A stretch of 18,915 nucleotides of DNA from Kerstersia gyiorum (GCF_004216755.1 NZ_SGWZ01000004.1:125144-144058), one strand, 5' to 3'; shown: positions 1 through 6,437, counted from the first letter of the stretch. Translations and numbers: made by a program. Notes: a model not told the origin generated them from the letters alone.

Positions 1-147
1 GGCCAGTTCGCCGGGCTTGCAGGCTTTGGCCTCTTCGTCCGTGGAGTAGATGCAGGTATTGTTCTGCGAAATCTTGGAAGACTCTCCGCAGCCGGACAAA
101 ATGCTGACGGCAGCCAGGGCCAGCAGCATGGGGACAGTTCGTTTCAT
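1..147 (-). CDS. Putative lipoprotein, N-terminal part only (gene runs off the left window edge)
   Basis: Reverse-strand ATG at 147..145. The translation is MKRTVPMLLALAAVSILSGCGESSKISQNNTCIYSTDEEAKACKPGELA, with a basic n-region, hydrophobic core and L-S-G-C lipobox. Absent from the ORF track because it is truncated by the window. Confidence 0.55.
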   Translation of the reverse strand, partial: MKRTVPMLLALAAVSILSGCGESSKISQNNTCIYSTDEEAKACKPGELA

Positions 148-293
148 GGTCTCTGATCCGAGGGAATAAAAAGAAGCCGCACAAAGCGGCAGCCGGGATT
201 ATGGCATTCGGCCCATGAAGCCGCCAGCCGTGCGGGTGTGCGCTGGAAAAGCGTAACGCGCCGGGCGGTGCGGCAGCCTGCAGGCCGGGTCAA

Positions 294-1304
294 ATGGTTA
301 CTGATGTGAACGGCTACAATGCCAATGGGTACTTACCGACATGGTGTGGTACCCGGCAGCAAACAGATACCCGTCGCATGAGCCCCAAGAAGAAAACTGT
401 ACCCCGCAAGAAAAACGTTGCATCAAGCACCAGCAGTAGCCGCAGCCGAGCCAGGGCGTCGGGAGGGCAGGCGGGGCGCTTCTTCCGGGCGTTGGGGGCC
501 TCCGCGCTGGCATCGTTCCTGGCCGCCAGCTGTGCTCTGCATCCCGAACTGCGCGACAAGCTGTCGCTGGAACCCATTCTGTCCAGGATGGTGTGGCAGC
601 AAGACGAGCCTGGCCATGTGACAGGACAGGCCCAGGTACAGACAAACTTTGCTGGCTGTCCGCAGTTCTTCCCGGAACGCAGGCCGCCGGTTGTACCTGC
701 GCAGCCGGCTTTGCGCGAACTGTGCTTCAGCGCATTCGCCATCCTGCATGGTGGCCGGCAGAAAACGCCGGTGTTCGTTGCACAGCGTCTCAATCGCCAA
801 ATGCTGGCGCAAGGCCGAAGTATCGGGCGGACCGACAGGTTCTATGCGGAAGCGCGCCTGCCGGAGGCCGAACGCGCCACCCTGGCGGATTACCGTGGGT
901 CGGGCTATTCGCGCGGCCACATGGCGCCGGCGGGCGACATGCACACGGCAGAAGCCATGGCGCAAAGCTTTTCGCTGGCCAATATGGTGCCGCAGAACCA
1001 GATCCATAATGGCGGCGCCTGGAATCGCATCGAACAGGACACCCGCAAATATGTGCAGCGCGCCAAAGGCGATGTCTACATCTTCACTGGTCCGGTGTAT
1101 GAGAACGGCGTGGCAACTATAGGCGCGGGCCATGTTGCCGTTCCCAGTCATATCTACAAAGTCGTCTACGACGCCAGCAGCGGTCGTGCCTGGGTGCACT
1201 GGCATGCGAATCGTCCTGACACCAAGGCAGGGCCGCCCATCAGCTACGAGGAATTCGTACGCAGAACGGGGCTGGAACTTCTGCCACCGGGCGCGCTGCG
1301 TTGA
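294..1304 (+). CDS. DNA/RNA non-specific endonuclease (Serratia NucA / Endonuclease_NS family), probably membrane-anchored or exported
   Basis: The 336-aa ORF contains the family active-site motif ...YRGSGYSRGHMAPAGDM... (DRGH-type) followed by NMVPQ..N.G.W. The N-terminus has a Lys/Arg/Ser-rich stretch and then a hydrophobic segment, FFRALGASALASFLAASCAL. The start is uncertain, with an alternative ATG at 378 (MSPKKKT...). The long antisense ORF 423..1415 is a GC-rich shadow. Confidence 0.85.
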   Translation: MVTDVNGYNANGYLPTWCGTRQQTDTRRMSPKKKTVPRKKNVASSTSSSRSRARASGGQAGRFFRALGASALASFLAASCALHPELRDKLSLEPILSRMVWQQDEPGHVTGQAQVQTNFAGCPQFFPERRPPVVPAQPALRELCFSAFAILHGGRQKTPVFVAQRLNRQMLAQGRSIGRTDRFYAEARLPEAERATLADYRGSGYSRGHMAPAGDMHTAEAMAQSFSLANMVPQNQIHNGGAWNRIEQDTRKYVQRAKGDVYIFTGPVYENGVATIGAGHVAVPSHIYKVVYDASSGRAWVHWHANRPDTKAGPPISYEEFVRRTGLELLPPGALR

Positions 1305-1435
1305 CGTCGCATCCGGCGGGGCCCTAGTGGAAGTGGGGGCAGTTTTTGGGGGATTGGGGAGGCAGAGAGGCTGGCGCTCAAGCGATGAAAAACTTCTCGG
1401 GTATGATGGAATCATCCTACATGCGGAGGTGAGCG

Positions 1436-1753
1436 ATGTCCGAAGTCAAAAACAGCGCAATGGAATTGGCCCGGCTGCATGCAGCGGAGGCCCAGGTAGA
1501 AATCCAGGCTGCGGCCGTTTCTCCGACGCGACGCTCAGATGAACTGCGCATCGAGGCTGAAGTCGCCGCCAGGAATTTCCCCGGGCGAGAACAGGAATTC
1601 ATGTCCGCCTACGATACCGAACTTGAAAATCAGATGGCCCAGGCCTCGCTCGAGGCCGCGAAAACAGGTGAAAAAGCTGGCGCTTGGATCAATATCGCCA
1701 GCCTGGCCGTAGCCATCATTGTTGCGGCCGTCTTGTTGTTCTATCTGGTATAG
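1436..1753 (+). CDS. Hypothetical tail-anchored small membrane protein (coiled-coil N-terminus, single C-terminal TM)
   Basis: A strong SD (GGAGGTG, 1424..1430) lies 5 nt before the ATG at 1436. The 105-aa product ends in WINIASLAVAIIVAAVLLFYLV. I recognise no family. Confidence 0.55.
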   Translation: MSEVKNSAMELARLHAAEAQVEIQAAAVSPTRRSDELRIEAEVAARNFPGREQEFMSAYDTELENQMAQASLEAAKTGEKAGAWINIASLAVAIIVAAVLLFYLV

Positions 1754-1896
1754 GGGCCGACAGAACACGGCATCCACTGGTGTGGCTGGTCTGTGCCCAG
1801 GATGCGTCCGGCGATTGTCGAGACAGCGGCTCGATGGACATGCCCGACGGCTGACTTGCCTTGGCGGAAAGTGAGTGGGGATGCCGAAATACGTGT

Positions 1897-2613
1897 ATGG
1901 CAATGAAACTGCAACACTTCACCATCAACCGGGGCGGCCGGGACTTTGCCGTGGGCGACATCCATGGCTGTTACGCGAAACTGCAAGCGGTGCTGCTAAG
2001 CATAGGATTCGACTGCACGCGCGACCGGCTCTTTGCGGTCGGCGACCTGGTTGACCGCGGCCCTGAGAATGCTGCCGTGCTGGAGTGGCTGGCCCGACCC
2101 TGGTTCCATTCCGTCATGGGAAACCATGACAACATGGCATTGCGCTGGCCCAATGGGTGCATGCAGGAAGCCAACTACCGCGAAAATGGCGGCGCCTGGA
2201 ACATAGACCAGCCGCGCGCAGCCCAGGAACGTATCGCGCAGGCCATGGCGGAGCTGCCTTTCGCCATCGAAATCGAAACATCGGCTGGATTGGTCGGGCT
2301 GGTACATGCCGACGTGCCGCGCAGCAGCTGGCAAGCCTTCACCGCCGCGTTACTGGGCGAGCACGGGACTGCCAAGGCGCGCAATGTCAGCAGCATGGCC
2401 ATGTGGTCCCGTGAACGCATAGGCGCGAACAACATATCAGGTGTCGCGGGGGTACGCGCAGTCGTTGCAGGGCATACCCCGCTCACTGAACCGCTGGTAC
2501 TGGGCAACGTCTATCACATCGACACCGGCGCGGTCTTCGGACGGGAATTCACCATCCTGAATCTTGAAACGCTGGAATTCGTGCGATGCCCAGTCGTCCC
2601 ATTGACGCGATAG
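1897..2613 (+). CDS. Serine/threonine protein phosphatase, PPP metallophosphoesterase family (lambda PP / PrpA-PrpB-like), chromosomal copy
   Basis: Carries the motifs GDIHGC, GDLVDRGP, GNHD and a later GH. The ORF track opens at TTG 1861, but ATG 1897 or 1903 is the more likely start. It is paralogous to 5374..6057. Confidence 0.85.
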   Translation: MAMKLQHFTINRGGRDFAVGDIHGCYAKLQAVLLSIGFDCTRDRLFAVGDLVDRGPENAAVLEWLARPWFHSVMGNHDNMALRWPNGCMQEANYRENGGAWNIDQPRAAQERIAQAMAELPFAIEIETSAGLVGLVHADVPRSSWQAFTAALLGEHGTAKARNVSSMAMWSRERIGANNISGVAGVRAVVAGHTPLTEPLVLGNVYHIDTGAVFGREFTILNLETLEFVRCPVVPLTR

Positions 2614-2682
2614 ACAGGGATGGCGCGACAAACATGTTGCGATGTACGCCGCGACGGGGGAATGTCAAAAAATCCCCACGCA

Positions 2683-2720
2683 GAAAACAAAAAAGGCCTA
2701 CGCTGATTGCGTAAGCCTTT
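2683..2720 (-). terminator. Rho-independent terminator downstream of the displaced tRNA-Cys 3' fragment (probably also terminates the convergent phosphatase gene)
   Basis: The stem pairs 2692..2703 with 2709..2720 (12 bp with one C.A mismatch) around a 5-nt loop. On the minus strand it is followed by TTTTTTGTTTT. Confidence 0.6.
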
Positions 2721-2728
2721 GATTTGTC

Positions 2729-2774
2729 TGGAGGCGCAAGCCGGAATCGAACCGACGTACACGGATTTGCAATC
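2729..2774. repeat. attL: 46-bp perfect copy of the 3' part of tRNA-Cys (CCA end to anticodon loop), a displaced non-functional fragment
   Basis: tggaggcgcaagccggaatcgaaccgacgtacacggatttgcaatc is identical to 15590..15635. Identity stops at 2775/15636, and no 5' half of a tRNA follows. Confidence 0.85.
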
Positions 2775-2973
2775 GGTTCCGGTGAGCACCAATGTTCGAC
2801 TATGTTAGCTAAAACAATGAGTTATCAAATTAGGTCGTGATCATTGATCGACTATATATGCCATTGCTGTCGACGTTTCGTCGTCAGTTTTATAGACGTA
2901 GCGCATTAAATTCGATACGAATTATGATCTTAGTTAAGAGGAAAATTCAATGCAGCCCAATGTCGGGCCGATA

Positions 2974-5034
2974 TTAAGTTATATTTACGGATTCGGTATT
3001 AACAAAGCCCAAGCCTAATATCTGAATTTTCTTTGCGTCATCCCCTAAGTCTAATTTCCAGCGTCGCTCCATAAACGACAATAAGCGAATACCTCTTTCG
3101 ACAATGTGGTGCGCTGTCCATTCAGACTCTTGTGCCACTTCTATTTCAGAATAGCACCCATAAAGATAGCCGGCTTTTTTGGCCTTGCTACCTTTCTTTT
3201 CATCAAAAGACCGATTACCTAAGGCTGAATTTTTTTGGCGAGATAAAGGAACTAAATTTCCAATAGAGTTCTTTAATACATTCCGTTCCTTTACGGAGTA
3301 GCATTTAAACCTTGCGTCCCACTGAGTTTTAGAACTCTTTTGTGGATATATGTGTTCTATGGTGACATAGTCCGATTCAAATTTCTCTTTTGAAAACTCT
3401 TCCCAATCTAACTTTGAACGATTACTCCTTGATGCAGCAAAAAGCTCCTGCTCATATTCAAATAGGAAATAGCGAACAGCACCCCATCCATAATAACCGC
3501 TATTTTTTCCAAATTTTTTCAAAGCATCTAGGAAATCTTTTGATTTTATGAATTTTTCGCAAATATCATGCATTGAGTTGCCGATAGCTGCAAGAGTTTT
3601 CTTTCCTGCGATATAGCGCGCAGCATCCTCCAAGAAATCAATGTCTCTAAAAAACCAACCGGAGAATGATTTAAAAAACAAAATTCGTTCTAGAGTCTCG
3701 AGAAAATTTACTCTCTCCTGAAGAGAGTTTTTGCTCTTGTAAAGAGAGACTACCATTACAGACGCGTCGTACACAGAAAATCTACGTATGCGTTCTAGCA
3801 ATACTTTCTCATGGCTAGAGAACTTCCCGTTTCCAGGGTCTTGGGTTTGATAATATATTTGTACGGTTTTCTTTATATCTAAAGCATACTCGTGTATTTT
3901 CTCTGCTGACAGTTCAATGTTGACTTTATTGAATACTGTATCAGAGTCAATGTCAATTTCATCGGACTCAGTGCAAGAATCACTGCATTCAGACTTGTTA
4001 GCTTCATTGCCGTACAAATTTCTTACATTAAAAACGCTTTCAAGGAGGTAGTCCTTGTATCCATCATTGTGTCTGTATGCGTAAAGGCCTAGGCTGTTTG
4101 AGGCTTCAGCATAATCCGATTTTGGTAGATTGACATTAAAATATAGAATAAATTGTAAGAGAAGGAATTGGTCGTCAACAAGCCTGCGCTTAGGGTTCCT
4201 GCCGATGTAATGATAGGCGGATTTCCAGCACTCATTGATTGTTTTTCGAAGGCGAGACCTGTCGTGCTTGCTGTCCAAGTCTTCAGTGTTAAACTTGGTA
4301 GATAAATAAATAAGTCTGTTTTTTAAAAGTTCAAGGTGAGAAAGAGGCTTTCCTCTGTTGTTCATAGTCTCGAAGGTGACAAAAACGTCTATATCTTCAG
4401 AGATAGTGAAAACATTGAACAACATGTTTTGAGATACTTTCGTATAAACCTCCTCCAATTCAGCGAAGGACATGGCAGAAAGTTTCTCATCAAAAAAATC
4501 TCTGGCTGCCTGCAGATTGTATGTGTAAATGGTGTCTTCAGGGAGCTCATGATTATTTGACTGTTCTTTAAAAATTTTTGTTTTTAAAAATTCATAGCTT
4601 GGATTGTCTTTTTCATATCCAAAAACATATGATCGCGATATTCCGCCATCTCGCGTTTGAAATATAAATCGTTTCCTGACTTCGTCAACAGTGTCGTAGT
4701 TAAGGGTTTTTCCTTCTGGAGTATGATCCAAAATTGATTGAATAAGAATAATTGCAGTGGTGAGACGCTGCTGCCCATCCACAACGAAATATGGCTTAAA
4801 GTTTTTTGACTCTATTATCCACAGATCATCTTCCCATATTTTATAGATGGCAGGCGAAACTGCTTCCAATGTAAGAACGCCTGTGTAATGCTTCTGTCCA
4901 AACCCAAGTTGACCTAAATCATTCCAAAAATCCTTTAATTGCTTTGGTCCCCATGAGTAGCCACGCTGATAGTCAGGTATTCGATAGAGATACTCATTAA
5001 AAGCTTTTGAGAGTGATAGAAGCTCAGTTTGCAT
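2974..5034 (-). CDS. GmrSD-family (DUF262 N-terminal + DUF1524 His-Me finger C-terminal) nuclease-like protein; candidate modification-dependent type IV restriction / anti-phage enzyme
   Basis: The 686-aa product has N-terminal IPDYQRGYSW and VVDGQQRLTT (DUF262 signatures). The C-terminal TIEHIYPQ ... NSIGNLVPLSRQKNSALGNRSF is the DUF1524 HNH-like signature. The gene and its flanks are strikingly AT-rich compared with the rest of the window. Confidence 0.88.
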   Translation of the reverse strand: MQTELLSLSKAFNEYLYRIPDYQRGYSWGPKQLKDFWNDLGQLGFGQKHYTGVLTLEAVSPAIYKIWEDDLWIIESKNFKPYFVVDGQQRLTTAIILIQSILDHTPEGKTLNYDTVDEVRKRFIFQTRDGGISRSYVFGYEKDNPSYEFLKTKIFKEQSNNHELPEDTIYTYNLQAARDFFDEKLSAMSFAELEEVYTKVSQNMLFNVFTISEDIDVFVTFETMNNRGKPLSHLELLKNRLIYLSTKFNTEDLDSKHDRSRLRKTINECWKSAYHYIGRNPKRRLVDDQFLLLQFILYFNVNLPKSDYAEASNSLGLYAYRHNDGYKDYLLESVFNVRNLYGNEANKSECSDSCTESDEIDIDSDTVFNKVNIELSAEKIHEYALDIKKTVQIYYQTQDPGNGKFSSHEKVLLERIRRFSVYDASVMVVSLYKSKNSLQERVNFLETLERILFFKSFSGWFFRDIDFLEDAARYIAGKKTLAAIGNSMHDICEKFIKSKDFLDALKKFGKNSGYYGWGAVRYFLFEYEQELFAASRSNRSKLDWEEFSKEKFESDYVTIEHIYPQKSSKTQWDARFKCYSVKERNVLKNSIGNLVPLSRQKNSALGNRSFDEKKGSKAKKAGYLYGCYSEIEVAQESEWTAHHIVERGIRLLSFMERRWKLDLGDDAKKIQILGLGFVNTESVNIT

Positions 5035-5084
5035 CGTTATACCTTATAAGTACATGTGCTCTTCAATTGGAAATATCTGAACAA

Positions 5085-5114
5085 ATTATAGCTTCTGCTA
5101 CACAAGAAAATGAA
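5085..5114 (-). promoter_or_regulatory. Candidate sigma70 promoter for the GmrSD-like gene
   Basis: On the minus strand there is a perfect TATAAT (5090..5085) with TTCATT 18 nt upstream (5114..5109). An AAGG SD lies about 7 nt before the ATG at 5034. This is a sequence match only. Confidence 0.3.
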
Positions 5115-5159
5115 AGATCTTCAAATTGATGAAGCTTAAGCCTATGCAATGTTAACCAG

Positions 5160-5340
5160 AATACCCCTGCCGCTCGCCGCTAGGCAGGGTTGCAGGGCAA
5201 AGAGACCCTGCAACCCAACCAACAGCGTGTTTTGTCCGCTGAGTGTCAAGGATTCGCTTCGCCGGGTACTCACCCGGTCCCGGCAAGCCGGGCTGCGGCT
5301 TCCGTGCCCGTCCTTGACATGGCACACGCCGTCTGAGTAA
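5160..5340. other. GC-rich, densely self-complementary non-coding element (candidate structured RNA, or ssDNA/attP-arm structure of the phage)
   Basis: Four structures are visible.
- Hairpin A pairs 5165..5171 with 5183..5189 (7 bp).
- Hairpin B pairs 5187..5197 with 5206..5216 (11 bp perfect, loop caaagaga) and shares GGG 5187..5189 with hairpin A.
- A 9-bp outer stem tgtcaagga/tccttgaca (5244..5252 / 5311..5319) encloses two further hairpins.
- Those are ccggg-tactca-cccgg (5262..5277) and cccgg-caag-ccggg (5279..5292); their CCGGG arms can also pair in alternative registers.

The two ~60-aa ORFs in the track here look non-coding. Confidence 0.45.
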
Positions 5341-5343
5341 GTT
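5314..5343 (+). promoter_or_regulatory. Candidate sigma70 promoter for the prophage phosphatase gene
   Basis: TTGACA (5314..5319), an 18-nt spacer and TAAGTT (5338..5343) lie about 30 nt upstream of the ATG at 5374. The -35 hexamer is one arm of the 9-bp inverted repeat. Confidence 0.3.
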
Positions 5344-5373
5344 GCTCTGTTATGTTCTCACCGAAGAAAGACA

Positions 5374-6057
5374 ATGCATGACACGTTTCGCCTGCACCGC
5401 TTCGACCTGAACACACAGGGACGAGACTTCGCAGTTGGCGACATTCACGGCTGTTTCAGCAAGCTGGATGCTGCGCTACGCAAGGTGCGTTTTTCACCGG
5501 CGAATGATCGGCTATTCGCGGTGGGTGATCTGGTAGACCGAGGGCCAGAGTCAGCCCTGGTGCTGGAATGGCTTGCTCAGCCTTGGTTCCATTCAGTCTG
5601 TGGCAATCACGACCTGATGACATGGCGCCGTGCGTTGGGTGATCCACTGTCAGACATTGACCATGCCGCACATGGTGGAGAATGGCTCGACAGCCTAGAC
5701 GAGCTGATGCACCAGCGTATTGCACAAAGCCTGCGTGAACTGCCCTTGGCGATTGAAGTGGACACGGCAGATGGGCCAGTGGGCATAATTCATGCCGACT
5801 TCCCATATGACGACTGGCAGGCCGTATACGAGCGCCAATTCAGCACCGAGGACGAAGATACCTGCCTTTGGTCTATCGACCGCTACCGCACCGGATACAA
5901 GCAGCCTGTCCGCAGTGTTCGCGCCATCGTGCATGGTCACATGACCGTGAGCAAGATGGCGCAGTTGGGCAACGTTTTTTTCATCGACACCGGGGGATGG
6001 CGCGATGGCGGCAAGTTTACGCTGTTGAACTTGCAGACCTTGAAGGCCGTCAGTTAG
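5374..6057 (+). CDS. Serine/threonine protein phosphatase, PPP family (lambda PP / PrpA-like), prophage-borne copy
   Basis: The 227-aa product carries GDIHGC, GDLVDRGP, GNHD and HGH motifs. Its first ~75 residues are very similar to the chromosomal copy at 1897..2613 (e.g. RDFAVGDIHGC...DRLFAVGDLVDRGPE..VLEWLA.PWFHSV.GNHD). Confidence 0.85.
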   Translation: MHDTFRLHRFDLNTQGRDFAVGDIHGCFSKLDAALRKVRFSPANDRLFAVGDLVDRGPESALVLEWLAQPWFHSVCGNHDLMTWRRALGDPLSDIDHAAHGGEWLDSLDELMHQRIAQSLRELPLAIEVDTADGPVGIIHADFPYDDWQAVYERQFSTEDEDTCLWSIDRYRTGYKQPVRSVRAIVHGHMTVSKMAQLGNVFFIDTGGWRDGGKFTLLNLQTLKAVS

Positions 6058-6295
6058 AGCGGATGCTGGGCATCCCTTTGTTTTCCGAGCTGAACTCCTG
6101 CCGTACCTGCGCTTCTTTGGCATTCACGCAATTTACTGTGCTGTCCAGTTTTCCAGGATTGTTCACGCATTCTTCGATTTTCGCTGCGCGCTCAGTCGGG
6201 TTGTCAATGTAGTACTGCACATCATGCTCTTTCTCCGAGCTGCATGCTGACAGAACGGAGACGGCAGCAATGCCAACGAACAGTTTGAACTTCAT
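6050..6295 (-). CDS. Small lipoprotein resembling EexN/TrbK-type entry-exclusion lipoproteins
   Basis: The likely start is the ATG at 6295, preceded by a GGAGGAAC SD; the track ORF extends upstream to 6400. The signal peptide MKFKLFVGIAAVSVLSAC has an L-S-A-C lipobox. The mature part, DVQYYIDNPTERAAKIEECVNNPGKLDSTVNCVNAKEA, fits the pattern I recall for EexN-family lipoproteins (Y..N..ER....C..NPG......NC.NA). Its 3' end overlaps the phosphatase 3' end by 8 bp, convergently. Confidence 0.65.
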   Translation of the reverse strand: MKFKLFVGIAAVSVLSACSSEKEHDVQYYIDNPTERAAKIEECVNNPGKLDSTVNCVNAKEAQVRQEFSSENKGMPSIRSN

Positions 6296-6368
6296 GGTTC
6301 CTCCAAACAAAAACGGGGAAACCATAGCCCGGTCGTTAGAATCGTGCAACCCATGAATTGCTGTAGTT

Positions 6369-6407
6369 TGTAGCGTTGTATGTTGTATAGAGCGATACAA
6401 CGCTACA
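6369..6407. repeat. Perfect 13-bp-stem hairpin / inverted repeat
   Basis: tgtagcgttgtat (6369..6381) pairs perfectly with atacaacgctaca (6395..6407) around a 13-nt loop. It lies in the non-coding gap between the lipoprotein gene and the 21-bp repeat. Confidence 0.7.
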
Positions 6408-6416
6408 GAGGCGAGA

Positions 6417-6437
6417 TATTAGCGATTTCACGTACTC
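6417..6437. repeat. 21-bp direct repeat, left copy
   Basis: tattagcgatttcacgtactc is identical to 6711..6731. Confidence 0.9.

Noticed and set aside
423-1415. 330-aa minus-strand ORF overlapping the whole endonuclease gene, plus several other ORFs of 60-160 aa on both strands in 298..1122
   Set aside because: These are typical antisense or off-frame shadow ORFs of a GC-rich gene. The translations are Arg/Pro/Ala-rich with no motifs, while the plus-strand frame carries the clear DRGH nuclease signature.
2729-2790. Second tRNA-Cys gene
   Set aside because: Only the 3' 46 nt match. The sequence beyond the anticodon loop (ggttccggtgagcacc) cannot form the D-arm or the acceptor 5' strand, so this is the displaced att fragment, not a gene.
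2514-2792. 92-aa minus-strand ORF across the tRNA fragment, and the 125-aa minus-strand ORF 15316..15693 across the intact tRNA
   Set aside because: Both read through tRNA and terminator sequence and through the 3' ends of well-supported plus-strand genes. Neither has independent support.
2950-3018. 22-codon plus-strand mini-ORF with a good AAGAGGA SD, overlapping the 3' end of the GmrSD-like gene
   Set aside because: It is too short and unsupported, and an SD-like purine run is expected by chance in AT-rich DNA. It is noted only as a possibility for ribosome-profiling data.
5142-5340. Two ~60-aa ORFs (one per strand) in the structured GC-rich element, and the idea that the element is a retron msr/msd or a c-di-GMP-I riboswitch
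   Set aside because: - **ORFs:** they have no SD, their Arg/Cys/Pro-rich translations look like noise, and they mirror each other across palindromes.
- **Retron:** no reverse transcriptase gene is anywhere in the window.
- **Riboswitch:** only a short GGGCAAA resemblance to GEMM-I exists, without the second conserved hairpin motif.
5374-6057. Idea that the prophage phosphatase was picked up from the adjacent host copy by aberrant excision
   Set aside because: That route should leave a third tRNA/terminator fragment next to the captured gene, and none is present. The two genes are also well diverged at the DNA level and differ in orientation relative to att.
6296-6400. N-terminal extension of the lipoprotein ORF (the track starts it at 6400)
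   Set aside because: The internal ATG at 6295 has a strong SD and is immediately followed by a canonical lipoprotein signal peptide. The upstream 35 codons run through the 13-bp hairpin region.
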